Positions 9,250 to 18,303 of a DNA stretch of 64,000 nt are shown piece by piece; the first letter of the stretch is position 1; each line of letters begins with the position of its first letter. Position numbers and translations under genes: made by a program. The notes beneath the pieces are model-generated. The model saw only the letters and a program-made list of their open reading frames with translations, made no database searches and was not told where the DNA came from. Source of the stretch: Minisyncoccota bacterium (lineage in GTDB: Bacteria > Patescibacteriota > Minisyncoccia > Phycocordibacterales > UBA2100); contig JALHPE010000001.1 of the NCBI GenBank assembly GCA_022842645.1, positions 329,462-393,461 on the forward strand. Reading direction: 5' to 3'.

Positions 9250-9993
9250 CTAGACTGATTTTTGAGCCTCTTTTGTGCGACCGCGACTCATAAGAAGCTC
9301 TTGACCTATCATGAATATGTTGCTGGTTGCCCAATAGAGGGGGAGCGCTGCCGAAAGGCTATATGAAATAGCAGTGAATAGCACAGGAAGGACATACCGA
9401 GCCTGGAGATCAAAACTACGCGCCATATCAGCAGAAAATGATACTTCTTCGGTATGAGGCTTTGGTTGACGCGGCCCCATAGAAAGGCGAGTGTAGATAT
9501 ATTGAGTTACCCCCGTAAGAAGCGCGAGGAGGAGACTTCGTTCTCCCATGTCTATGAAGCCTAAAAATGACATATCAACGAAGGGGGGTGCTGGCACAAA
9601 GCTATAGAGTATTTCAGTATTAATTGCTGGTAGGCCACCCTTCCAAAATACCCAGTAGAGCCCGAAAAGGATGGGGAGTTGGAGGAGTACAAGGAAAAAA
9701 GTTGAAAATGGGCGTATATTCCTCTCTTTGTAGAGCGCAAACATGGCTCGCGCCTGCTCTTCTTGGTTATCTTTGTGCTTTTTCTTAAGCTCTTCCATCT
9801 CCGGCGCAATTGCCCGCATAGCGGTCTGTGTCCGTATTGCCTGCCGCGAGAGAGGGATAAGAATGACTTTTACCGCAAGCGTGAGAATGATGACGGCAAT
9901 ACCCACATCGTGCCCAGGCACAATGTCGATGAGATAAATAAGGGCGTTATAGAGTGGCTCATAAATACCTTCACGAAACGCGGCGGTAAACAT
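9250..9993 (-). CDS. yidC: YidC/Oxa1-family membrane protein insertase (short form)
   Basis: Multi-TM 247-aa protein with the YidC core pattern (…LLQLPILFGLYWVF…LPLYWATSNIFMIGQ). Sits between rnpA and jag. Confidence 0.85.
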   Translation of the reverse strand: MFTAAFREGIYEPLYNALIYLIDIVPGHDVGIAVIILTLAVKVILIPLSRQAIRTQTAMRAIAPEMEELKKKHKDNQEEQARAMFALYKERNIRPFSTFFLVLLQLPILFGLYWVFWKGGLPAINTEILYSFVPAPPFVDMSFLGFIDMGERSLLLALLTGVTQYIYTRLSMGPRQPKPHTEEVSFSADMARSFDLQARYVLPVLFTAISYSLSAALPLYWATSNIFMIGQELLMSRGRTKEAQKSV

Positions 9994-10011
9994 CCGCGCA
10001 TTGTAACTCGG

Positions 10012-10362
10012 CTAGCTTTCACCGCCAGTGGGGATGACTCCCAAACGAGTAAGGAGTGGATATATATCTTTACGGAGGTCATCTATCTGAGCATTGGATG
10101 CTCCTGATTTTGCATACACAACCACCACTGTGGGGTGTGGTAACGATGGTATAATTTTTTGAAATATGGCTCGTATACGGCGTTTTATTCGGTTTCTATC
10201 AACCGCTTTTCTGGCGGCCTTTTTTGAGACAACACACGCAAACCCACGCACCTGGCGCCCGTGTACGCTACCAATCGCAAGCGTAAGGTAGGTGCCCCCC
10301 ACACGCCTCTCCACCTTCAGGTGGTTAAAATCATGGCGCGAGAGCCTCTGTGGAGCAGACAT
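10012..10362 (-). CDS. rnpA: ribonuclease P protein component
   Basis: RnpA motif VSKKAARKAVDRNRIKRRIRAIF. Start overlaps the rpmH stop (ATGA-type overlap), the classic arrangement. Confidence 0.85.
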   Translation of the reverse strand: MSAPQRLSRHDFNHLKVERRVGGTYLTLAIGSVHGRQVRGFACVVSKKAARKAVDRNRIKRRIRAIFQKIIPSLPHPTVVVVYAKSGASNAQIDDLRKDIYPLLTRLGVIPTGGES

Positions 10363-10496
10363 TATGCGGCAAGTCGTGTACGACCCTTGCGCATACGGCG
10401 CTGGAGTACACGACGCCCGGTTTTTGTAGCAAGACGCGCTCTAAACCCATGCGTTCGGGCGCGCTTTCGCTTTTTTGGCTGATAGTTTCGCTTCAT
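10362..10496 (-). CDS. rpmH: 50S ribosomal protein L34
   Basis: Not in the supplied ORF track (too short). Hand translation of the minus strand gives [44 protein letters not shown], a near-consensus L34. Confidence 0.9.
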   Translation of the reverse strand: MKRNYQPKKRKRARTHGFRARLATKTGRRVLQRRMRKGRTRLAA

Positions 10497-10687
10497 GACG
10501 CGACTATACCGTATCTTGAGCTATTTTGGAAGGGTGGGTGGCTATCCACAGAGTTATACACAGCTTGTGAACAGTTTGAGTGTGTGACGCTGTCACTTCA
10601 CATGACTCTCTGACTGCGTATAATTACCCCCACTATGCGTGCGTGCATACGGTGTGTGCATCAATTCCATAGTGAATTTTCTTCACT
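10497..10687. promoter_or_regulatory. rpmH-dnaA divergent intergenic region with DnaA-box-like motifs (part of oriC/dnaA promoter region)
   Basis: CTATCCACA and GTTATACACA (TTATNCACA consensus) at about 10538-10562, between divergent rpmH and dnaA. Confidence 0.4.
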
Positions 10688-12031
10688 ATGATAACTAACA
10701 GGGAATTATGGCAGAATGCGCTCGTCCAGATAGAGCTCGGCACTTCTGAGGCGAGTTTTCGAACTTGGTTCCGTAATACCGACGTTGTCTCGCGTGATGG
10801 CAGCACTATTCATCTTGCCGTTCCTTCAAAAATTGTGAAGGAATGGCTTATGGAGAAGCACCATAAACTCATCCTTGGCACCCTTCGTTCGCTCGATAAT
10901 ACGATTAGGGTAGTTGAGTATGTGGTGAACCGATCGGTGGGAGAACCTCGCCGTGTTGAAAAAACACCCCCAGCAAACACCTCTCTCGACCTTGGACAGC
11001 TCTATATTGATAAACGAGACAACTTGAACCCCCGTTACACTTTTGAAACATTTGTAGTTGGTCCCTTTAATCAACTGGCTCACGCTGCGGCAAAGGCGGT
11101 TATAGAACGCCCCGGACTCGCGTACAACCCCTTCTTCGTCTATGGCGCAAGCGGGCATGGTAAAACCCACCTGATTCAAGCAATTGGTAACCATTTTAAG
11201 AAGACACATACCAATAAAAAGGTTTTTTATGTTTCCTCTGAGCGTTTTGCAGTTGATTTCATCAACGCGGTTTCACGAGGTCGCGCAAATGATTTTAAAG
11301 ATCAGTACCGACAGTACGACGTCCTTATTATGGATGATATTCAATTCATGGCTGAAAAGGAGCGTACACAAGAAGAACTGTTCCATCTTTTTAATGCAAT
11401 GCACGATAACAACAAGCAAATAATTTTCTCTTCGGATAAACATCCCATGCTTCTTCCGGGATTTGAGGATCGTGTCCGAGGCCGTCTCTCTGCAGGAGTC
11501 ATTATGGAAATTCCGGAGCCTGATGTTGAATCACGCATTGCAATTATAAAAGCAAAGATAGAACAACTTGGCTTTAGTCTTCCCGAGGACATCATCACTC
11601 ATATTGCCGAAACTGTGCGAGGCAACATTCGCGAACTTGAGGGAATCATTAATATGATTGTGTGCAAATCCCAACTGAAAGGGAAGGCGATTACTCTCCC
11701 GGACGTACGCACCCTCATAAAACATAATGTTCGTCCTTCAAAAGGTGTCTCTGTAGAAGAGGTGGTGCGCCGTATTGCGCAATATTATGAAGTTGCAGAG
11801 AAGAGTATTTACGAAAAAACCCGAAAGAAGGAGGTGGTGAAGCCACGTCAAATAATTATGTATATCTTACGAGAGGAATTTAATGTTTCGTACCCATCAA
11901 TTGGAGAAAAGCTTGGTGGAAGAGACCACACTACCGTGATTCACTCATGCGAAAAAATAAAAGATGAGGTTAAGCGCAGCACCTCCCTCGATCAAGAGCT
12001 TGAACATATTCGCACTTTAGTACACGCATAA
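10688..12031 (+). CDS. dnaA: chromosomal replication initiator protein DnaA
   Basis: AAA+ Walker A GASGHGKTHL, sensor motifs, and a C-terminal DnaA-box-binding domain (…VSYPSIGEKLGGRDHTTVIHSCEKI…). Confidence 0.95.
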   Translation: MITNRELWQNALVQIELGTSEASFRTWFRNTDVVSRDGSTIHLAVPSKIVKEWLMEKHHKLILGTLRSLDNTIRVVEYVVNRSVGEPRRVEKTPPANTSLDLGQLYIDKRDNLNPRYTFETFVVGPFNQLAHAAAKAVIERPGLAYNPFFVYGASGHGKTHLIQAIGNHFKKTHTNKKVFYVSSERFAVDFINAVSRGRANDFKDQYRQYDVLIMDDIQFMAEKERTQEELFHLFNAMHDNNKQIIFSSDKHPMLLPGFEDRVRGRLSAGVIMEIPEPDVESRIAIIKAKIEQLGFSLPEDIITHIAETVRGNIRELEGIINMIVCKSQLKGKAITLPDVRTLIKHNVRPSKGVSVEEVVRRIAQYYEVAEKSIYEKTRKKEVVKPRQIIMYILREEFNVSYPSIGEKLGGRDHTTVIHSCEKIKDEVKRSTSLDQELEHIRTLVHA

Positions 12032-12255
12032 CTATGTGGATAGTATTCGAACAACAAGAGATTTTGTGTGGAAAAAAAATATATATTACCTACCCAAATT
12101 TTATCCCCACACACCAACACGAGTTATTGATGTACTTTTCCCCAAACACACATACCCAAAATAGTAGTTAAAGACTCACTAAAAAAGACTTTTCCACCTA
12201 TACACATTACTAATAGTAATAATAAGTATTAATAAATAAATAATTATAAACACCT
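12032..12255. promoter_or_regulatory. candidate oriC (dnaA-dnaN intergenic): DnaA boxes plus AT-rich unwinding element
   Basis: DnaA-box-like 9-mers (TATCCACAT on minus at ~12034-12044, TTATCCCCACA, CTATACACA) followed by a >40-nt almost pure A/T stretch (ATTACTAATAGTAATAATAAGTATTAATAAATAAATAATTATAAA) just upstream of dnaN. Confidence 0.5.
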
Positions 12256-13353
12256 ATGCAATTCATCACCACACACGAATCTTTTCTTAAAGCGGTGCTT
12301 ATTGCAGAACGTGTTGTAGGAAAAAAAGAATCACTCCCCGTCCTTTCATGTGTAGTGCTTGATGTGGGTGGTAATGAGTGTGTGGTTAAAAGTACCAACC
12401 TTGAGGCTGGTGTTGAGATTCGGGTACATGCAGATGTAAAAGAGAAGGGTGTTATTGCTATTCCTGTTTCTGTGCTTTCTCAAACAATCAGATCATCTTC
12501 GGGAGATAAAATAGTTCTCCGTGCGGATCAAGGGAATCTACGAGTTGAATCAAAAGGTTTAAAAACGATTATAAAAGCTGTGCCGCATGAGGAATTTCCC
12601 ACTATCCCTCGCGATGTTTCGGAAAACAATATTTCTATCCCTCGCGAAAGTCTTCTTTCTTTATTTCATTCAGTTTCGTACGCAGCATCATCTTCGATGA
12701 TTCGTCCGGAACTGGGGAGTGTATATCTTTCTATTAACGATGGTGTGGTCACTGCTGTTGCAACGGATTCGTTTAGACTCGCGGAAAAAACTCACCCATT
12801 CAAGGGTGATGTATCTGGGGATGTGCTCATTCCACTTAAACATGTCCATGAAATAACACACATCCTCGAGCGCGTGTCAGATGCGGACATAACACTTTCC
12901 ACTAGTGATGCACAACTCTCTCTTTCAACGAGTATGGTGGCATTTGTTTCCCGTGTTATTGATGGAACATTTCCTAACTATAAAGAAATTTTACCCAAGA
13001 AATTTTCAACAGAAGCCACGCTTCTCAAAGCCGATTTTGCTGAGTCTCTCAGGAAAGCTCGTATTTTTTCTGGCGCGGATCAACATGTGGGATTCCATGT
13101 GTATCCAAAGAAAAAAATATTTGACGTTACAGCACAAAGTGCGGCGATTGGGGAGATGTCGGATTCACTTGAGGCAGCGGTTACCGGCGAGGATGTTGAT
13201 GTTAACTTTCATATAGGCTATGTAGCGGATGCGCTGCAATCTATTCCCTCAGATTCACTTATTCTCGGTTTTTCGGGGGCAGGGAAGCCGCTGGTTATGC
13301 GTGGGGTTGGGGATTCTACATTCACCTACCTTGCAATGCCCCTTAATCGCTAG
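12256..13353 (+). CDS. dnaN: DNA polymerase III beta sliding clamp
   Basis: 365 aa, three-domain beta-clamp pattern. Immediately downstream of dnaA. Confidence 0.9.
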   Translation: MQFITTHESFLKAVLIAERVVGKKESLPVLSCVVLDVGGNECVVKSTNLEAGVEIRVHADVKEKGVIAIPVSVLSQTIRSSSGDKIVLRADQGNLRVESKGLKTIIKAVPHEEFPTIPRDVSENNISIPRESLLSLFHSVSYAASSSMIRPELGSVYLSINDGVVTAVATDSFRLAEKTHPFKGDVSGDVLIPLKHVHEITHILERVSDADITLSTSDAQLSLSTSMVAFVSRVIDGTFPNYKEILPKKFSTEATLLKADFAESLRKARIFSGADQHVGFHVYPKKKIFDVTAQSAAIGEMSDSLEAAVTGEDVDVNFHIGYVADALQSIPSDSLILGFSGAGKPLVMRGVGDSTFTYLAMPLNR

Positions 13354-15738
13354 CTACTGCACATTAAAGGTGGTGGTGTGCTCAATGGGGCCAAGAAGAG
13401 TATCAGCAACAGCGCGCAACGACTGAATCCCAGGAATGCGTGGTTGGACTGCAATAATGTAGGGAGGTTGGGCTGAAATACCCACAAATTCACCGTTTAG
13501 GTAGTACGTCACACTTCGTATACCAATAAGGGGATCAAATGAAACAGAGGCGTCAAATGGCGCGGTAAATGGTAATTGTGCGGCAGGGTTTGGGGATGTG
13601 ATTCTAAACTGCAGGTTCTGTGGCGTGCTCGTTCCCGACCCAAGGCCGTTTGCCCAAGCGCTCACCGCATATTCCCAGTAAGAAAACTGTGCGTCGCTGA
13701 AGTTCGGAGATCCATTTCGAGGGTTATCTTTATTAACCCAATAGAGAATATCGTGTAGGCCCAGAGAGGGGTTGGTGTTCCATTCACCGCGAAGGACAGC
13801 GGGCAGGGAGGTATATTCAGGGTCTGGTGCAGGTGGGGTAAATTCATCCGCACTATAGTTCTCAATCGCAAGAGTCATAAATTCGTTCCAGAGAGGCGCA
13901 ATCACAAACGATGCGACACGGCGCTCAAGAGGAGTGTTGTCGTTGTTTCCTCCCCACGCGCCCACCGCAATGCTCGGCGTGTATCCTACAATCCATACAT
14001 CGCGGTAGTCGTTTGTGGTGCCAGTCTTTGCGGCGACATCAAATCCGGGGAAGTGGAGTGGGGAATTTGCGCCAAATGCAGGTGTCCGTGCGTTATTATC
14101 CGAAAGAACATCATTTACCAGTCGAGCAATCTGGGGATCTAGTGCGCGGATTTCTCGCTTCTCGTACGATTCAAGAACATGACCCTTACTATCTTCCACG
14201 CTCAAGACCCCTGTGTTTGCATTGCGAATACCATCATTCGCAAAAACACCATACGCACCCGTGATATCCAGCAGTGTTACCTCTCCACCACCAAGCACTA
14301 ATGTAAGGCCATAACGCCCCGCGTCTTCAAGTGTTGAGATGCCCATGTCACGCGCGGTTTCAATGGATTCAGGAATCCCTGCGAGATAGAGTGTTTTTAC
14401 CGCAGGAATGTTCTGTGATTGCGCAAGCGCATCGCGAAGCTTCATCGGACCCTTAAAGGAATCATCATAATTCCCTGGGCTATAACATGGCGGATTTGAA
14501 TTTAAAATATCAGAGACGGGGCAGGCTGTTGAGAATTGCGTAGGAACGTCGAATACAACCGTTTCGGGTGTATATCCTTTTTCGAATGCGGTGGCATATA
14601 CAAACGGTTTGAATGACGAGCCTGGTTGGCGCTTTGCAAGCGCAATATTTACTTTTCCGTCAATTGCCTCATCGAAGTAACCACGCGAACCCACCATTAC
14701 CAGTATCTGGCCTGTCTTTGGATCAACGGCGACGAGTCCGGCGTTCTCAGCATTAAAATTCTTTTCATTTTCAAGCGCGCGACGATTTACTATCTCTTCA
14801 GCCTTTAATTGCAGCTCCCAATCGAGCGACGTGATTACTTTGAGACCACCTTGCGCCACAAGATCGGCGCCATATTTTCCTTCGAGGTATTCAAGTATGT
14901 AGAACACAAAGTGAGGTGCTTTGATGCCCGAATCACTCTGGGGGCGAAACTCCACTTTTTCTGCACTTGCTGTTGTATATTCTTCTTCACTAATATACCC
15001 AAGGTCACGCATGCGCGAGAGTACAAGATTTTTTCTTCCTTCCAACTCGTCGCGACGATTGCCATAGGGAGAGTAGCGTGTTGGCGCCTGGGGAAGCGCT
15101 GCGATGTAGGCAGCTTCCGCTATGCTCACATCGCGTGCGGGCTTCCCAAAGAAATATTGAGTTGCTTCCTCGACACCATAAATAGTTCCACCGTAGGAAG
15201 TTTCGTTGAGGTAAATAGTAAGAATTTCGTCCTTTGTGGCTATATTTTCAAGTTTAATAGCAAGCACTATTTCCTTCGCCTTTCGAATGAGTGTTTTGTC
15301 CTGGGTAAGTAATGTGTTTTTTACCACCTGTTGGGTGATGGTTGACCCTCCTTGCCCGACGATACCAGGGATGAGGCGGAGATTTACAAGGACCGCGCGA
15401 AGAAATGAAAGGGGGCGAAATCCTTGATGTTGATAAAATGTGGCGTCTTCAATGGCTACCGTCGCATTTCTGATATACGGGGATATGTTCTCGAGAGGAA
15501 TTTCAGTGCGTCGCATAGTACCGTGGACATCATAGAGAAGCACCTCTCCGGTTCGGTCATAAATTTTTGTACTCTCACCCACAATTCTATTTTCAATAGT
15601 GTCCACAGCGGGAACTGACGCAAAGAAAGCCCATGCAACAAACACTCCTCCAGCAGCAATTGCAAGGAGGATACTGAAGCGCATCGTGTGGTGCGCATAG
15701 CGCCTATGTCTCGGGTGGGTGCTCATAGCAGTGCGCAC
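13354..15738 (-). CDS. mrcA: class A penicillin-binding protein (PBP1A-type transglycosylase/transpeptidase)
   Basis: N-terminal TM anchor. GT51 motifs (IEDATFYQHQGF, GGSTITQQ). Transpeptidase SxxK (SSFKPF), SxN and KTG (AAKTGTT) motifs. Confidence 0.85.
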   Translation of the reverse strand: MRTAMSTHPRHRRYAHHTMRFSILLAIAAGGVFVAWAFFASVPAVDTIENRIVGESTKIYDRTGEVLLYDVHGTMRRTEIPLENISPYIRNATVAIEDATFYQHQGFRPLSFLRAVLVNLRLIPGIVGQGGSTITQQVVKNTLLTQDKTLIRKAKEIVLAIKLENIATKDEILTIYLNETSYGGTIYGVEEATQYFFGKPARDVSIAEAAYIAALPQAPTRYSPYGNRRDELEGRKNLVLSRMRDLGYISEEEYTTASAEKVEFRPQSDSGIKAPHFVFYILEYLEGKYGADLVAQGGLKVITSLDWELQLKAEEIVNRRALENEKNFNAENAGLVAVDPKTGQILVMVGSRGYFDEAIDGKVNIALAKRQPGSSFKPFVYATAFEKGYTPETVVFDVPTQFSTACPVSDILNSNPPCYSPGNYDDSFKGPMKLRDALAQSQNIPAVKTLYLAGIPESIETARDMGISTLEDAGRYGLTLVLGGGEVTLLDITGAYGVFANDGIRNANTGVLSVEDSKGHVLESYEKREIRALDPQIARLVNDVLSDNNARTPAFGANSPLHFPGFDVAAKTGTTNDYRDVWIVGYTPSIAVGAWGGNNDNTPLERRVASFVIAPLWNEFMTLAIENYSADEFTPPAPDPEYTSLPAVLRGEWNTNPSLGLHDILYWVNKDNPRNGSPNFSDAQFSYWEYAVSAWANGLGSGTSTPQNLQFRITSPNPAAQLPFTAPFDASVSFDPLIGIRSVTYYLNGEFVGISAQPPYIIAVQPRIPGIQSLRAVADTLLGPIEHTTTFNVQ

Positions 15739-15808
15739 GTAGGAAAAAGTCTACCGCGCCCCAGGCGTCTTGCCCAGCTTTATCGTAGACGAACGCGTAC
15801 GTGCAGTA

Positions 15809-16279
15809 TTACCGCGCGTGTGCGAGGTGAGTAAGTCCCACCGCGATCGCGTCGTATTCGTCATCGTGGCGTATGGATTTGTCTATTGCAAGAAGCATGT
15901 GGAGCATTGTGGTCATCTGTTTCTTGTCAGCCTTGCCGTAGCCTGTTGTTGCGCTTTTTATCTGTGCGGGCGTGTATTCGAAAGAGGGGATGCTAAGTGA
16001 CACCGCCGCATGGAGTATTGCGCCACGCACCTCAGCGACCTGCATGGCAGTTTTTTGATTTGAGTTAAAAAAAAGTCGCTCCATTGCGAGCGCATCTGGC
16101 CTATGTGTCTTTATGAGGAGCTCGCACTCAGCAACGACCTGTGCGAGTCGTTCCACAAAACCGTCTTTCGCGAGGGTTTCAATGCAGTCGGAATAGATCC
16201 AGCGCTCTTTCCCGGCGTTTTTTTCAACAATAGCAACTCCGCAGCGGCCATAGCCTGGGTCGATGCCAATCACGCGCAT
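15809..16279 (-). CDS. ruvC: Holliday junction resolvase RuvC
   Basis: RuvC catalytic pattern MRVIGIDPGYGRCGVAIVE … YTPAQIKSATTGYGKADKKQ … DDEYDAIAVGLTH. Confidence 0.9.
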   Translation of the reverse strand: MRVIGIDPGYGRCGVAIVEKNAGKERWIYSDCIETLAKDGFVERLAQVVAECELLIKTHRPDALAMERLFFNSNQKTAMQVAEVRGAILHAAVSLSIPSFEYTPAQIKSATTGYGKADKKQMTTMLHMLLAIDKSIRHDDEYDAIAVGLTHLAHAR

Positions 16280-16295
16280 GGGTATATGGTATTTC

Positions 16296-16331
16296 GTATT
16301 TAGTATCTTGTATATACGAGATACTAAATAC
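16296..16331. promoter_or_regulatory. perfect 13-bp inverted repeat (GTATTTAGTATCT / AGATACTAAATAC) upstream of ruvC, candidate operator or terminator
   Basis: Seen directly in the AT-rich yebC-ruvC intergenic region. A GATACTA repeat continues downstream. Confidence 0.3.
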
Positions 16332-16356
16332 AGGATACTAGATACGTTTACATTAC

Positions 16357-16887
16357 TTATTCCGCGTTCGTATACACCTCTTGCACATCATCAAGCGCAT
16401 CGATAAGCTCCATTGCTTTCATGAGGAGTGTGTCATCTGTTTCAGAAAGAGGAATGGGTGCTGTGGGGGTGTAGCCGTCTTCGCCTTTGGAGAAGGCCCA
16501 AAGTGCAGCACCTGGCGCCGCCAGTGCAATCGCATGTTTTGCAAAAATTGCTTTTAGCTCTTGAAGTGTGCGGTTGGTGTTGTCGGTGACGGCTTCAATA
16601 ATGATTGCCGCCCCTCCCGGCCCATATGCTTCATAGACGACCTGTTCCATGGCGCTTGCGTCTCCCGAAGTTCCTTTAGCGATCGCGCGCTCGATCGTGT
16701 CTTTCGGCATATTCGTCTTTTTCGCCGTTTCGATAATTGCGCGCAAATTCGCTGAGTTTACGTCCCCATTTGCTTTTTTACTCTCGACTGCAATGCGTCG
16801 CCCGAGCTTCCCCCATAAATTACTCTTTGCTGCGTCTGCGGCACCTTTTTGCCTCTTTATCTGTGCCCATTTGTTGTGTCCGGCCAT
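16357..16887 (-). CDS. yebC: YebC/PmpR-family protein (shortened, 176 aa)
   Basis: N-terminal MAGHNKWAQIKRQKGAADAAKSNLWGKL and a C-terminal DDVQEVY motif are YebC hallmarks. It sits between ruvB and ruvC as in many bacteria. About 60 aa shorter than canonical YebC. Confidence 0.75.
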   Translation of the reverse strand: MAGHNKWAQIKRQKGAADAAKSNLWGKLGRRIAVESKKANGDVNSANLRAIIETAKKTNMPKDTIERAIAKGTSGDASAMEQVVYEAYGPGGAAIIIEAVTDNTNRTLQELKAIFAKHAIALAAPGAALWAFSKGEDGYTPTAPIPLSETDDTLLMKAMELIDALDDVQEVYTNAE

Positions 16888-16946
16888 AGGGATAGTGATT
16901 AGAAGTTAGCCACTAGGGTATAGGGAAAATGCGAAAAGGCAAAAAA

Positions 16947-17960
16947 CTAGATTAGTTTTGGCTGATCCGCTTTTGGTACTTCTTCACCAAGATGTGTGTA
17001 GCCCTTTTCGGTTACCATGCGGCCGCGGGGGGTTCTTTCGAGAAGTCCTAGCTGGAGGAGATAGGGCTCGTGCACCTCTTCAATAGTTGCCTCTTCTTCA
17101 GAGAGTGCGGCGGAGATAGTTTTGAGACCAACAGGACCCCCTTTAAATTTGTCGATGAGAACCCCGAGAATGTCGCGGTCGATCTGATTCAAACCAAGTT
17201 CATCAACTTCGAGAAGCGCGAGCGCTTTTTTTACTGTCTTTACATCTAGCACTTCTTCGCTCACTTGTGCGAAGTCGCGACAGCGCTTGAGAAGATAGTT
17301 TGCGGTGCGCGGCGTTGCGCGCGAACGCCGTGAGATCTCGCGGACTGATTCGGTATCGGCGGGTATGCCAAGGATCTGCGCTGAGCGATGAAGGATGGTC
17401 GCGATTTCGTCTTCAGTGTAGTAGGCAAGACGAAAGGTGCCGCCGGAGAAGCGTGAGCGAAGGGGAGAGGAGAGCATGGAGATGCGTGTGGTTGCGGCAA
17501 TGAGGGTGAATGCGGGCAGCTCAAGCTGAACGGTGCGCGCGGAGGGCCCTTTCCCAATCACAATGTCGAGTACCCCACTTTCCATCGCGGGGTATAAAAT
17601 TTCCTCAATCGTACGATTGAGGCGGTGGATCTCATCGATAAAGAGGACGTCTCCGGGAGAGAGGTTTGTGAGGATGGAAGCGAGGTCGCCCACGCGTTCA
17701 ATCGCAGGACCCGAGGTTGAGCGAAGCGATGAGCCAATCTCTTTTGTAATTAAATGCGCGAGAGTGGTCTTTCCAAGTCCCGGGGGACCATAAAGGAGGA
17801 TGTGTTCCGGCTGTTGGGAGCGGCCTTTGGCCGCAGAAAGGAGTATGCGCAGGTTTTCCTTGATGGTTGCCTGTCCCACATACTCATCCCAAAGCCCTGG
17901 GCGGAGCGCCTGGTCGAGAGAGCGAGCTGATTTTCCTGTTTGTTCCGGTTGTTGTGACAT
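16947..17960 (-). CDS. ruvB: Holliday junction branch-migration helicase RuvB
   Basis: AAA+ Walker A LYGPPGLGKTTLAHLI, Walker B LFIDEIHRL, and RuvB C-terminal winged helix. Confidence 0.95.
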   Translation of the reverse strand: MSQQPEQTGKSARSLDQALRPGLWDEYVGQATIKENLRILLSAAKGRSQQPEHILLYGPPGLGKTTLAHLITKEIGSSLRSTSGPAIERVGDLASILTNLSPGDVLFIDEIHRLNRTIEEILYPAMESGVLDIVIGKGPSARTVQLELPAFTLIAATTRISMLSSPLRSRFSGGTFRLAYYTEDEIATILHRSAQILGIPADTESVREISRRSRATPRTANYLLKRCRDFAQVSEEVLDVKTVKKALALLEVDELGLNQIDRDILGVLIDKFKGGPVGLKTISAALSEEEATIEEVHEPYLLQLGLLERTPRGRMVTEKGYTHLGEEVPKADQPKLI

Positions 17961-18272
17961 ATTGACAACAGCACCTCAACATGCTACACTAGCATTTAGA
18001 AGTGGCGTTACCGCGCCATTTTTTGTTTGCCTATTTAGGCATACAAAACCTTAGTCAGGGGCGCAGATCTCCGAGCATACCAGGACTCATTCAAGGTTGA
18101 AACGGTGCCCGCTTTATGCGGATCCACTACTTCTTTCCTCAGATTCTGTCCGACTTTCGATATCCATTGAAAGCATGCTCGGAGATGTGCGACTCTCACG
18201 AGATTTCTTTTGAAACGATAGCATCGAACAGCGAATACACAATATTATTTTCGTGTCGTGGTGTACACGATA

Positions 18273-18303
18273 CAAAAAACACCGGCGCAAGTCGGTGTTT
18301 TTG
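18273..18303. terminator. bidirectional intrinsic terminator hairpin (A-run, ACACCG-loop-CGGTGT, T-run) downstream of pilB
   Basis: AAAAAACACCGGCGCAAGTCGGTGTTTTT seen in sequence. Confidence 0.5.

Noticed and set aside
18060-18200. Possible 4.5S SRP RNA, 6S RNA, RNase P RNA or tmRNA in the ruvB-pilB spacer
   Set aside because: I checked by eye for the SRP domain IV consensus (AGGUCAGG / GGAA / AGCAGCC), the RNase P P4 motif (AGGAAAGUCCGGGCU) and tRNA-like tmRNA ends. None is present. The region is left as an unexplained structured spacer, not as a called ncRNA.
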